In this document: positions 31,687-41,182 of the stretch, piece by piece | Layout: each line of letters starts with the position of its first letter | How positions within the stretch are numbered: position 1 is the stretch's first letter | Source: Candidatus Binatia bacterium | GTDB taxonomy: Bacteria > Desulfobacterota > Binatia > UBA9968 > JAJDTQ01 | Length of the DNA stretch: 64,000 nt | Reading direction: 5' to 3' | Assembly (NCBI GenBank): GCA_022823055.1 | Contig: JAJDXX010000240.1 | Location: forward strand, 8,794-72,793 | Notes under the pieces: generated by a model | Databases searched by the model: none | The model's input: the letters and a program-made list of their open reading frames with translations, nothing else | What the model was told of the DNA's origin: nothing | Position numbers and translations under genes: made by a program

Positions 31687-31995
31687 GTGTCGAGTTGCCG
31701 TTTCGAGGACCCGAGGGTCGTGGCGCTGCTGGCGGGGCTGGTGCGCGCGTTCAGGGCTGGCGACATCGAGATGCGCTTTGACGAAGCGGACCGCGCGGTT
31801 CTGGGCAGACTGGGCGAGGACGGTCTGGTGGATCTGGCCAACGACGGCTTTCGGCTGAACCAGAACGGCGGTTCCTACTCGGTACGTTCACGCGTGCCTC
31901 CGGTGACGCCCAAGGGCATTTTGTTTCTGGAGCGCCTCCCCATCGACCAGTTTGCGGATCGGCCGGGGCTGTTCCGTTTCCTCGGCTGGCTGTGA
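31687..31995 (+). CDS. Hypothetical protein
   Basis: 102 aa, GTG start, high GC3. Follows the SPFH gene by 22 nt. No motif recognised. Confidence 0.4.
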   Translation: MSSCRFEDPRVVALLAGLVRAFRAGDIEMRFDEADRAVLGRLGEDGLVDLANDGFRLNQNGGSYSVRSRVPPVTPKGILFLERLPIDQFADRPGLFRFLGWL

Positions 31996-32077
31996 CGGAC
32001 TCTGCGGCCAGGATGGATGTCCTGCGAATGGTCGAATCGTCACTGGTACGAAAATGGCCGCGGACGCGCGGCACCCG

Positions 32078-32106
32078 CCATTCCCGCGAAAGCGGGAATC
32101 CAGGGG
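32078..32106. repeat. Solo arm (small hairpin) of the palindromic repeat
   Basis: CCATTCCCGCGAAAGCGGGAATCCAGGGG. Confidence 0.7.
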
Positions 32107-32146
32107 TAGCGGAGGCAGTCACTGTCGTTTGAAAGGGACAGACACC

Positions 32147-33505
32147 ATGGATGGGCTTGCGGACAAGGTTTCGGAATTCGTCGTCGACAATGACTTCGAC
32201 AGGCTGCCGCCGGAGGTCGTGGCGGCCGCCAAGTCGGCTTTCCTGGACTGTGTCGGCGTGGCGCTGGCAGGCTCGGACGAGGAGAGCGCGCGGATCTGCG
32301 CGGCGATGGCACGACAGGAATCCAGGGTCGGCGAGGCTACGGTCATCGGGCAGGGATTCCAGACCTCGGCCATGCTGGCCGCGCTGTGCAACGGCACCTC
32401 GGCGCACGCCCTGGACTTCGACCACAGCTATCTCATGGGTCAACCCACGGCCGGCCTGATCCCGGCGGTGCTGACCATGGGGGAGGCAGTGGACGCCGGC
32501 GGGCGGGAGATCCTCGCCGCCTATGTGGCGGGCTTCGAGGTGGTGTCGCGGCTGGCTCGTTCCATGCCGCAGCTTTCCACCCACGGGCACTGGCACGCAA
32601 CCTCCAGCATCGGCGCGGTGGGGGCGGCAGCCTGTTGCACCCGCCTCGCGGAGTTGGACGCCGCGGGCGCGCGTAACGCCCTCGGTATCGCCGCTTCCAT
32701 GGCGTCGGGGATGGTGTGGAACTTCGCCACCATGACCAAGCCGCTGCACTCGGGCCTGGCGGCGCAGAACGGTGTGCTGGCGGCGCGCCTGGCCGGGCAG
32801 GGCTTCACCTCCAGCCCGGCGGCGCTGGAGGAAGGCAAGGGGCTGCTCGACTGCTTCGGCCGTGGACTCGACTGCGACGCCGCCCCGTTCGAGAGCCTTG
32901 GCCGCACGTTCGATCTCACGGGCATCGGCATCAGCGTCAAGCCGTACCCTTGCGGCGGCCTGACCCACGCGGCCGTGGACGCCGTGCTGGAACTGCGGCA
33001 GGAGGGTCTTCGCCCGGATCAGGTGGATTCCATGCGGGTGGGGGTGACCTCCCAGGTGTTCGACCGGATCATGAACGCACTGCCGGCCAACGGCATCGAG
33101 TCCAAGTTCAGCATGCCCTACATCCTGGCGAGGGCGCTCGCGGACGGTGTGCTGGTGCTGGACACGTTCACCGACGAGACCGCGGCGGACCCCGCGATCC
33201 GGCGCCTCGCGGAAACCATCGTCATGGAGCTGGATGCCGGCCTCGTGGAAACCGCGGACGGCGCCCGTTCCGCCGACGTGACGGTTCGTCTCAAGGATGG
33301 CGGTGTGTTGCGCCGGCGGGTGGACCACTCACGGGGCCGGCCCGAAAAGCCCCTGACCCCGGCGGAGCTGCGGCAGAAGTTCGATACCTGCGCGGCCAGG
33401 GCGCTGGACGCCGAGCGGGTCGGGCAGGTCGCCGAGCTCATCGCCGGCTTGGAGGGCCTGGAGAGTATCGGCGGGCTTTGCGAGCTATTGAGCGGGTCGA
33501 AGTGA
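32147..33505 (+). CDS. MmgE/PrpD-family protein (2-methylcitrate-dehydratase-like)
   Basis: 452 aa; ...FLDCVGVALAGS...ALCNGTSAHALDFDH...KPYPCGGLTH..., the PrpD family pattern. Confidence 0.85.
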   Translation: MDGLADKVSEFVVDNDFDRLPPEVVAAAKSAFLDCVGVALAGSDEESARICAAMARQESRVGEATVIGQGFQTSAMLAALCNGTSAHALDFDHSYLMGQPTAGLIPAVLTMGEAVDAGGREILAAYVAGFEVVSRLARSMPQLSTHGHWHATSSIGAVGAAACCTRLAELDAAGARNALGIAASMASGMVWNFATMTKPLHSGLAAQNGVLAARLAGQGFTSSPAALEEGKGLLDCFGRGLDCDAAPFESLGRTFDLTGIGISVKPYPCGGLTHAAVDAVLELRQEGLRPDQVDSMRVGVTSQVFDRIMNALPANGIESKFSMPYILARALADGVLVLDTFTDETAADPAIRRLAETIVMELDAGLVETADGARSADVTVRLKDGGVLRRRVDHSRGRPEKPLTPAELRQKFDTCAARALDAERVGQVAELIAGLEGLESIGGLCELLSGSK

Positions 33506-33520
33506 CCGGACAGGAACCGC

Positions 33521-33841
33521 TCAGTTGATGACCGACAACGCGGTCGCTTCGAGCGCGGTGACCACCATGGCCTCCCGGTCCAGCATGGCCTGGATGTCGG
33601 GGACCACCTCGTTCTTCCAGTAGTTGCTCTCCGCGATGGTCTTGGCGAAGGCTTCCTTCTGCTCCTGGCTGTCGAAGCGGCGCAGCCACACGTAGGTGTC
33701 GTCATCGTCCCGGCCGGTAAAGCTGCCGGAAATCACGACGCCGTTGGAGGCGTGGAACGGGATGATTTTCTCTTCCATTGTCTTGACCCAGGCGTCGCGC
33801 TGGCCCGGTTTGGTCTTGTACTGGCGCAACTCGAAAAACAT
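33521..33841 (-). CDS. NIPSNAP-family protein
   Basis: 106 aa; MFFELRQYKTKPGQRDAWVKTMEEKIIPF... typical NIPSNAP/Dabb N-terminus. Confidence 0.6.
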   Translation of the reverse strand: MFFELRQYKTKPGQRDAWVKTMEEKIIPFHASNGVVISGSFTGRDDDDTYVWLRRFDSQEQKEAFAKTIAESNYWKNEVVPDIQAMLDREAMVVTALEATALSVIN

Positions 33842-33887
33842 GTGATTCTCCCTTGATGGTGTTTTCTGTTTGGGTTGGTGAACGGCC

Positions 33888-34898
33888 TTACCGGCCGTCG
33901 CCGGACCCGTTCTCCTCCTCGGTTTCCGGAACCCAGCCTTCGCCGAACTCCTCCGCCTCCTGGATGCCTTCCGCACGCCACTCGTCGATAAGTTGCTGGA
34001 CGGGTATCTTGCGCCGCATCAGTCCCTTCATCAGGTGCTTGTACATGGGCGCGACGGGGGTCTGGGCGTTGATGGGGCAGACCGTAAGGCATACTTTGCA
34101 GCCCTCGTACTGCTCGAAGAAAGGACGGCAGGTGGGGGTGTCCACGTGCCAGCGCACGGTGCCGAAAACCTCCTGCTTCTGGGGGACGATGGAATCCCCG
34201 GGACAGAAGTTCGTGCACGCGTTGCAGCGCAGGCAGAAGTCGTCGAAGCCGAAGTCCGCGGGTTGCGCCTCGGGAATCAGCGGCATTTCGGTGGTGACCG
34301 CGCCCAACCGCACGCTCGGGCCGAACTTCTTGGTTATGAGCGAGCCGTGGCGCCCCAGTTCGCCCAGGCCCGCTTTCCAGGCCACCGGAATGAACAGCAG
34401 GTCGCCCTCGTTCGCATAGCCCACCGCGTGGTAGCCGTAGGCGCGGATGTACTGCGCCAGGCGGACGGTGACATCGGACAGAAGATAGTAGACCTTGTGC
34501 ACCTCGGTCTGGGCCAGGGGGCCCAGACGCTTCATCTCCTCGAAGCTCATGTGAATGGCGAAGGAGATGGCCACCTTGTGCCCCTCGGGTGGCTTGGTGC
34601 CGCGTACGTAGTCGAACTGGTCTATGGGCGCGACGCCGACGATATCCGCGCCCATGTCCAGCACCACCTTCTTGATGGTGCGGGTGACCCCGGCCCAGTC
34701 CTCGGTCTCCAGCCGGTCCGGGTTCACCGGGCCGTCGTGCAGGTTGCGACGGTCGTGGTCCTCCCGCATGAACATGTACCGGCGAGTGAGCGGGTGACGC
34801 TGGGCCTTTCTCGCCTGCCCCACCTTCTTGTCGGGGAAGGGCCACTGCTTGACGGGCTGCCCCCGGCGCTCCGTGAATATGATTCCGCTGGGTTCCAT
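33888..34898 (-). CDS. Reductive-dehalogenase-like / QueG-like corrinoid Fe-S protein (no Tat signal)
   Basis: GGAG RBS before ATG 34898. AGLGELGRHGSLITKKFGPSVRLGAVTTEMPL block. Two clusters: CLRCNACTNFCP and C-x10-CKVCLTVCP. Confidence 0.6.
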   Translation of the reverse strand: MEPSGIIFTERRGQPVKQWPFPDKKVGQARKAQRHPLTRRYMFMREDHDRRNLHDGPVNPDRLETEDWAGVTRTIKKVVLDMGADIVGVAPIDQFDYVRGTKPPEGHKVAISFAIHMSFEEMKRLGPLAQTEVHKVYYLLSDVTVRLAQYIRAYGYHAVGYANEGDLLFIPVAWKAGLGELGRHGSLITKKFGPSVRLGAVTTEMPLIPEAQPADFGFDDFCLRCNACTNFCPGDSIVPQKQEVFGTVRWHVDTPTCRPFFEQYEGCKVCLTVCPINAQTPVAPMYKHLMKGLMRRKIPVQQLIDEWRAEGIQEAEEFGEGWVPETEEENGSGDGR

Positions 34899-35080
34899 GA
34901 GTTGCTCCTCTCGGCATGGATACTCGCGGAGGCTGAAGCTCCGCGGGAACTCCTCCCGGTTCACGCAGGCCGGATCTTACCAGAGGTGTCCGACGGATGC
35001 CACGTTTGGTTCGTCACCTGACCGGCACATACCGTACGGAGTGTTGAAATTATCCATCAAGAGAGCGAATATTGTTTCCG

Positions 35081-35734
35081 ATGATCAAACAGGCTCCAAA
35101 AAAGCGTCGAAGAAGGAATTTTTCTCGCATACCTCGCCGTGCGCAGATCCTCGACATCGCGGTCGATATCCTCGTGGAGCGGGGATACCGCGACACCACC
35201 ATGCTTGAGGTAGCGCAGCGCGCTTCGGCTTCCAAGGAGACGCTGTACACCTGGTTCGGGGACAAGTTGGGGCTGTTCGAGGCAGTGATCCGCCGGAACG
35301 CGGCGCGGATGCGCATGGCGGTCAACGGGTATCATGGCAAGGAAGTTCCGGTCGAGTCCGTATTGACCGACTTCGGCCGGGCACTGGCGGCGGTGCTTCT
35401 CGACGAGAAAGCCGTCGCCATTGACCGGGCTGCGATTTCCGAGGCGTGCTCGGGGCCCTCGTTGGCCGAAAGCGTTGCCAAACTGGGCCGTGATCCCACG
35501 CTGCGCGCCTTCGCCGGCTATCTGGAACGGTGCCAGGCTCACGGCGTTCTCCAGTTCGATGATGTGCACGACGCGGCGGAGACCTTTCTGGCGCTCCTCC
35601 TTGGAGATGTTTATGCACGAAGGTTGCTCGGTGTGATCGAGACACCGTCGGAAGCCGACATCGACAACAAGGCCGAACGAGCCGTGCGGAAGTTCCTCCG
35701 GCTCTACGGCGTCCAGGACAACCCGTTGGCGTAG
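35081..35734 (+). CDS. TetR-family transcriptional regulator (paralogue 1)
   Basis: HTH ILDIAVDILVERGYRDTTMLEVAQRASASKETLYTWFGDKLGLF. About 55-60 % identical by eye to 49093..49698. Confidence 0.85.
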   Translation: MIKQAPKKRRRRNFSRIPRRAQILDIAVDILVERGYRDTTMLEVAQRASASKETLYTWFGDKLGLFEAVIRRNAARMRMAVNGYHGKEVPVESVLTDFGRALAAVLLDEKAVAIDRAAISEACSGPSLAESVAKLGRDPTLRAFAGYLERCQAHGVLQFDDVHDAAETFLALLLGDVYARRLLGVIETPSEADIDNKAERAVRKFLRLYGVQDNPLA

Positions 35735-35900
35735 TTTTCGCGTCTTCACCCGCCGGAATCGGTCATGCCGGCGCAGCCCCATTCAGCCGGCGTCCGCCAC
35801 TCTTGTTTTGCCCGCCTGCCTCCTTTACGGTTCGGGGATAGCCTCGAAGGCATCGAACCTGGCGCCTAGCGCACCGGACCCCCCCTGGAGGAACCACATC

Positions 35901-37589
35901 ATGAAAATGACCGCGGGACATGCGGTTGCCGAAGTGCTGGCGCAGCTAGGCGTCCGCAAGGTGATCGGCGTCGTGGGCTCGTGCATGCTCGAGATACTCG
36001 ACGGCATGTACGGCCGGGACGACATCCAGTTTCTGTCCACGCGCCACGAGCAGGCCGCGGCCCTCATGGCCGACGGGTTTGCGCGCATCGCCGGCCGTCC
36101 CGGCGTGTGCATCGCCACCAACGGCCCCGGCGCCACCAACCTCCTGACCGGGGTGGCCAATGCCTTCCACGCCCAGAGTCCTGTGCTGGTCATCACCGGC
36201 GCGCCCATGCTGAAGGACATGTTCCGGGATTCCGCCCAGGAGATCGACCAGCAGGCTATGTTCCGGCCCGTGGTGAAGTGGTCGGCGCAGGTGCGCAAGC
36301 CCGAGCTGGCCGCGGCCATGACTTGGGAAGCCTACCAGCGCACCATGACCGGCGTCCCTGGGCCGGTGCACCTGGACCTGCCCCGGGACGTGTTGAACGA
36401 GAACGTGGAGATGCCGGACATGGGCCGGCTCTTCCGGGGCGACGTGGCTGTCCCCGCGCCCGACGCGGAAGCCGTGACGGCGGCGGCCCGGCTGATCGAG
36501 AAGGCGCGCCGGCCGGTGCTGTTGGCCGGCGGCGGCGTCCTCTGGTCGGAAGCGAGCGACGAGGTCATTGCGCTGTCCAAACGCCTGAGCGCGCCCGTCA
36601 TGTCCTCCACCGGGCGTGACGACGTCGCGCCGCCGTCCTATCCTCTTTACTTGGGTACCATCGGTCGGGGGGCGCTGCCCGAGGCCCAGGCCTTCTTCAA
36701 GCAGGCCGACCTGGTGCTGGCCGTGGGCACGAGCCTGGGCCACCTCACCACCTTCTGGCGCCCGGACTTCTTCGCTCCCGGAACCAGGCTCATTCACGTG
36801 GCCCAGGACCGGAACAACATCGGCCGGGTCTACCCCGCGGACGTGGGCATCCAGGCCGACGCAGGGGTCGCCGTCAAGGCGCTGCTGCGGGCGGTGAAAC
36901 GGAACGGCGCGGGCCGCGTGGGCTGGCTCAGGAAGGCCGCCGCCGTGCGCGCCGCGCAGGACAAGCACCGGAACCGCGCGGCCCGCTTCGACGGCCGCCC
37001 CATCGACCCGCGCCGGGCCCACGCCGCCCTGCATAAGGTCCTCCCCAAGGACGCCATCGTCTCCATCGACGCCGGCGTCGGCCCCGGCTACGTCTACGAG
37101 TACCAGACCTTTGAACGCCCGCGGAGCCTGCTGGCGCCCCAGGGCCTCGCCGCCATCGGCATCGGCTACCCCGTGGGCCTCGGCGCCAAGCTCGCCGCCC
37201 CCCACCGCCCCGTCGTCACCCTGAGCGGCGACGGCTCCTTCCTATACAACGGCGCCGAGCTCGAGACCGCCGTGCGCGAAGGCATTCCCACCACCTGCAT
37301 CATCCTCAACAACTTCAACTACGGCTCCGAGCGGGCCTACCAGAAGTTCTACTACGACGAGCGCTACATCGGCGACGCCATTGGCAACCCGCCGTTCGAC
37401 GAGTATGCGCGCGTCTTCGGCGCCGCCGGCCTGCGCGTCACCGAGCCCGGCGAGCTGGAGGATGCTTTCGCCGAGGCGCTACGTTTGGGCCGCGACCAGC
37501 CGGTGCTGGTGGACGTGCTGTGCACGCCGGACGTATTCCCGGAACCGCGTCGGAAGGAGACGGTGAAGGCCGAGCGATTGAGGGTGTAG
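35901..37589 (+). CDS. Thiamine-diphosphate-dependent enzyme (acetolactate synthase / sulfoacetaldehyde acetyltransferase-like)
   Basis: GGAGG RBS. ...RHEQAAALMADGFARIAGRPGVCIATNGPGATNL...; ThDP motif GDGSFLYNGAELET...NNFNYGSE. Confidence 0.8.
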   Translation: MKMTAGHAVAEVLAQLGVRKVIGVVGSCMLEILDGMYGRDDIQFLSTRHEQAAALMADGFARIAGRPGVCIATNGPGATNLLTGVANAFHAQSPVLVITGAPMLKDMFRDSAQEIDQQAMFRPVVKWSAQVRKPELAAAMTWEAYQRTMTGVPGPVHLDLPRDVLNENVEMPDMGRLFRGDVAVPAPDAEAVTAAARLIEKARRPVLLAGGGVLWSEASDEVIALSKRLSAPVMSSTGRDDVAPPSYPLYLGTIGRGALPEAQAFFKQADLVLAVGTSLGHLTTFWRPDFFAPGTRLIHVAQDRNNIGRVYPADVGIQADAGVAVKALLRAVKRNGAGRVGWLRKAAAVRAAQDKHRNRAARFDGRPIDPRRAHAALHKVLPKDAIVSIDAGVGPGYVYEYQTFERPRSLLAPQGLAAIGIGYPVGLGAKLAAPHRPVVTLSGDGSFLYNGAELETAVREGIPTTCIILNNFNYGSERAYQKFYYDERYIGDAIGNPPFDEYARVFGAAGLRVTEPGELEDAFAEALRLGRDQPVLVDVLCTPDVFPEPRRKETVKAERLRV

Positions 37590-37753
37590 AGGGGGAACGA
37601 CAGGCTGTGGGAACACTCTGCTGGGGTGGTCGGAGTTGCCTCCGGACGGCGATTCCACACGGGGCTTCGAACCGGCCAACGGGTTCAAGGCACCGTAAGG
37701 CTCCTAGGCTCCCTCTACGCAGAACCGATCCCAGGCCGCAACGCACTTATCCA

Positions 37754-38347
37754 TCAACGTGGATCCGGCAGGTAACCGCGATAACGAAAGAAGCGCCGGA
37801 GAAACGTTCGGAATGAATCCGACGAGTTCTCTACATCCTTCAGCAGCCTTCCGTCCTCGATTCTTGCCGCAAAGGAAATGCATTTCTCTTCCTTCGCTGC
37901 CTCGGGTATTCGAAGTTGCGCAAACTCGGGATGTGTCTTGCTGCAGAAATCGCGAACACTCGCCCAACGACATCGCGATCCATGCGAAAACGATGAGGCG
38001 TATTGAACCTCGACCTCCTGTTCGCCCCCATATACTTCCCGGGTCGAAATGGCCAGTTCCTTTTTCGATTCGGCTTCGACGTAGAGACCCGACAAACTCG
38101 CTACATACTCGCCGACGTCCAGGTACGACCTGGGATTGTCAAACACCACTCTAATTTGTGGGTTGGCGCAAATGATGTCGTATTTCATCGGGTTCGATAT
38201 GACAAACTCAGCGGATTGCCGGTCGTCGGCTACAACGACCGTCTGCTTCACCACGAGATCGACGGTTCGAAAATTCGGCGGGCTGTACGTGCATGAACTC
38301 ACGAACAAGACGGCGAGGAAGATTCTCGAATACCTTGGTTTTGCCAT
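37754..38347 (-). CDS. Putative lipoprotein, unknown function (operon gene 6)
   Basis: MAKPRYSRIFLAVLFVSSC: signal peptide with lipobox-like VSS-C. Lower GC. No family recognised. Alternative start 38365. Confidence 0.55.
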   Translation of the reverse strand: MAKPRYSRIFLAVLFVSSCTYSPPNFRTVDLVVKQTVVVADDRQSAEFVISNPMKYDIICANPQIRVVFDNPRSYLDVGEYVASLSGLYVEAESKKELAISTREVYGGEQEVEVQYASSFSHGSRCRWASVRDFCSKTHPEFAQLRIPEAAKEEKCISFAARIEDGRLLKDVENSSDSFRTFLRRFFRYRGYLPDPR

Positions 38348-38348
38348 T

Positions 38349-38843
38349 CTAGTACCCACGCTCACGTTGTTTGAGTGATCTCGGGTGTCCCGAGCACCTC
38401 ACTTCCCTGAGTTCCTCTCCCATGGTCGTGTTCGAAAAACCCGTCATCTGCAAGGCCACGACTTCTCCTCTCCGGTTGGTTCGAAGAACGAGGTCCACCG
38501 TCCTGTTCCAACCGAGGCCGCTTGCGTGTTCCGACGTGAATATTTCCGCGGGATGTGACAAGCGTGGTTGGTGGTCCGCGGGAACTTGCGGCGAAAACAG
38601 GGCCAGGACATGGTCGAAACGGGCGTCCCGCACACGTAGCCACACGCGCCGGTGACAGCTATTGTCGGCGCATCGGTTTGTCGTCTTCTCGGTCCATATT
38701 TCCAACTGACAGTCGAAAGCTCGTTGCCGCGGAATCCCGGAGAGCACGGACCAGAATGCGAGGTTGCTTTGCGTTTCGGCCAATGCGGGTCCGGCCGGCA
38801 GGAGGATGGAAAGGGCGGCGAGCAACAAACGATGCAGGACCAT
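38349..38843 (-). CDS. Secreted hypothetical protein (operon gene 5)
   Basis: Signal peptide MVLHRLLLAALSILLPAGPALA-ETQ. Several Cys. No family recognised. Confidence 0.6.
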   Translation of the reverse strand: MVLHRLLLAALSILLPAGPALAETQSNLAFWSVLSGIPRQRAFDCQLEIWTEKTTNRCADNSCHRRVWLRVRDARFDHVLALFSPQVPADHQPRLSHPAEIFTSEHASGLGWNRTVDLVLRTNRRGEVVALQMTGFSNTTMGEELREVRCSGHPRSLKQRERGY

Positions 38844-38849
38844 TGGCCG

Positions 38850-39557
38850 TCACCGGGTCGCGCCATACTGTGGCAACTTGTCGAGGAGGTCCCGGACGTT
38901 CAACCAGTCGACACTGGTCGCCAAGGCTACGCGGCCTGTTCGATCCTTGATCCAGAAATGGAGGGCGCTATTCTTGCAAACGTCCAACGTAGACAAAGTG
39001 AACTGCACGGTGACGCGGTCCGACAACGGGCGAAGCAAGACCCCGGCGGCAACCTGCGGGCCGCTATGGTCCCTGACCACGAAGGCCCGTCTGCGAGAAG
39101 TGACAATAAGGTTTAGTTGGTAGGGCAACGATACCTGCGGGTTGCGGATGTGAATGGCGAGCTTCACGGAAACCCGCGGCTGTTCAACAGGCAAGGTCCT
39201 CAACACGGCGCGGTGCCGGATGTGTGCCAGCGTATTCGCGTCGAGAGTCCTGTAGATGCTGCGACGGGGCTGCGATGTAAGGTGCCGGTTGGCGGCTCGC
39301 GCGATGCGGTTCTGTTCCTCCAGGAAGCCGTTTACCGCTTCGCAACCGAGCGGGAAACGGCCGACTTCGGTGGCTTGAACTGAAACCGGGCCTTCGAAGA
39401 CCGCGGACCTCAGGCGGTTGCACAGATCGGCGGAAAGGGCGTGGAAATCCGATACGCATTGGATGGGCAAATCGCGGAAACCGGTCGCAAGATCGCGACC
39501 GTGCGCCGCCGTGGGCGCTGTGACCGAAAGAAGGAGCACCAGGGAGAAACGCCACAT
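38850..39557 (-). CDS. Secreted hypothetical protein (operon gene 4)
   Basis: Signal peptide MWRFSLVLLLSVTAPTAAHG. 5-6-nt gaps to neighbours. No family recognised. Confidence 0.6.
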   Translation of the reverse strand: MWRFSLVLLLSVTAPTAAHGRDLATGFRDLPIQCVSDFHALSADLCNRLRSAVFEGPVSVQATEVGRFPLGCEAVNGFLEEQNRIARAANRHLTSQPRRSIYRTLDANTLAHIRHRAVLRTLPVEQPRVSVKLAIHIRNPQVSLPYQLNLIVTSRRRAFVVRDHSGPQVAAGVLLRPLSDRVTVQFTLSTLDVCKNSALHFWIKDRTGRVALATSVDWLNVRDLLDKLPQYGATR

Positions 39558-39562
39558 GTCGC

Positions 39563-41182
39563 CTATCTTTCTGTACCGAAGGAAATCGTCGTATAGCGGA
39601 TGACCGGGCGCGAACTGTCATATTCTTCGACAACGACGACGTTTCGCCGGCGCATGAACTCTTGCAGTTGTGTTTCACCTCCAAATACCGCGTGGGAAAG
39701 ATCGATGAGCACGGCGCCCGCCTGGCACCAGGGATTCGCGCACCTCGTCCGCAGGGCCTCCGCCGCTTCGGGAGCGGCCGGGTCTCTCTTGTCGAGCGTG
39801 AGGGTGAGGTCGTTTTCGGGTACATATCGTGCGTCGATCAGGTCGAAAGCCCGCTGTATGACCGCATTCTTGACGGCTTCTATCGTGTCCCGTTTCTGAT
39901 CTTCTGCCAGGTCGGTTGTCGAAAACCTCACACTGATGACCTCATCGCTCTTGTTGATGTCGGTCACCCGGACCATGCGTTTGGTCCGAAAAAAGCCCCC
40001 TGTTGCGGATTCTTTTCGAAGACGTTGGTACAAGGCGCCGTGGTCCACCTTGACCGTGTAACTTGTGCCGACCAAGACCGGGAAATTCACCAAAGCCGAA
40101 AGTCCCATCGAACCCTCTTCCAACGCTTCGCCCAACCCGGTGCGGTCATGGCCGTGCCGGAGTGCCGAACATGCGGCGGGAAGATTCAGGACGACCTCCG
40201 CGGCGAGAGAGTTTCCGAGCTTGATTTGGCCGGAGGTGTCACGAAGGCCGACGATCTGGCCCTTCAACAAGGCCGGAAAGAGGGTGCCGTCGAAGAAACT
40301 TGAACCACCCGCTATCGTCATTTGGACCGGGAGGGGCACCACCTTCGAGCCGGGGTTCAATCGTTGCCACTCCGACACGTGTTCGGCAAAACCCACGGAG
40401 ATTTCCAAAACGCCGGTGGCGCCGGCGACTCTCGAGTTCCTCTGGAGGTAACCCATGTAGGCCGCGCCGGCGCGTTCCAGAGTGGCGATGGCGTGATGAT
40501 CACGGTTCGAGTCACCGGGTTCGGCGGTGTGGTTCAAGCGTTGCTGACAGCCCGAATTGTCAAACCACAGCCGCAATGGGACGAGGTCGCGGCCCAACAA
40601 CTCCAGTTCCGCGCGCTTACTTCGCGCCGCCGCCTGGAACGCCGGGAACTCCCGGGCCAGGACCTCCAGCACGGAAGGCGGCGCCTTTCCGCGAGTCAAT
40701 GCCAGTAGTTGCTGCGATAGCGCTTCGCGTTCCTTTATGATGGTTTGTATATCGTTTTCGAGTTTTGTTGCGGTGGCTTCCTTCGACTTGATGGCGGCCT
40801 CGGCCCGCTTGCATGTCTCCATTGGAAGGTCGGTTGTGGCGCCTCCTTGGGGGTGATCAGTTCCGGGCGACTCCAGAGCCCGGGCGGCGATGTCAACCGC
40901 CTTCTTGAAACCGGTCAAGACCTGGTCAAACACGGCACATTGGTGCGGTATCGCCGCGGGCAAAAAACGATCGACACGCACTTCCCCGCGTCGCGGTGGC
41001 CCGACAAACAGGGTCTGACACGTGCGATCGTGAAAAAAAACGGAAGCACCTACCGGGACAGTCGGGGCTGGGCAAGCCGACAAGAGCAGCGGTCCCGAAG
41101 TGGAGTAGACGGAATCCACGGACAGAAAGACGACACAGAACAACAGGCTCGCCGTCCACCGCGCGAGAACGGAAGACCTCAT
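39563..41182 (-). CDS. Large secreted Cys-containing protein with coiled-coil segment (operon gene 3; paralogue of gene 1)
   Basis: Signal peptide MRSSVLARWTASLLFCVVFLSVDSVYS. ATGA overlap with the upstream gene. Shares ordered Cys-containing blocks with 42220..43719. Confidence 0.7.
   Translation of the reverse strand: MRSSVLARWTASLLFCVVFLSVDSVYSTSGPLLLSACPAPTVPVGASVFFHDRTCQTLFVGPPRRGEVRVDRFLPAAIPHQCAVFDQVLTGFKKAVDIAARALESPGTDHPQGGATTDLPMETCKRAEAAIKSKEATATKLENDIQTIIKEREALSQQLLALTRGKAPPSVLEVLAREFPAFQAAARSKRAELELLGRDLVPLRLWFDNSGCQQRLNHTAEPGDSNRDHHAIATLERAGAAYMGYLQRNSRVAGATGVLEISVGFAEHVSEWQRLNPGSKVVPLPVQMTIAGGSSFFDGTLFPALLKGQIVGLRDTSGQIKLGNSLAAEVVLNLPAACSALRHGHDRTGLGEALEEGSMGLSALVNFPVLVGTSYTVKVDHGALYQRLRKESATGGFFRTKRMVRVTDINKSDEVISVRFSTTDLAEDQKRDTIEAVKNAVIQRAFDLIDARYVPENDLTLTLDKRDPAAPEAAEALRTRCANPWCQAGAVLIDLSHAVFGGETQLQEFMRRRNVVVVEEYDSSRPVIRYTTISFGTER

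Noticed and set aside
37655-37695. tRNA-like TTCGAA motif (GGGGCTTCGAACCGGCC) at the left edge of the low-GC island, considered as a tRNA or att remnant.
   Set aside because: The flanking bases do not form a T-arm stem (GCCGG vs CCCCG), and no acceptor or anticodon arms could be built by eye.
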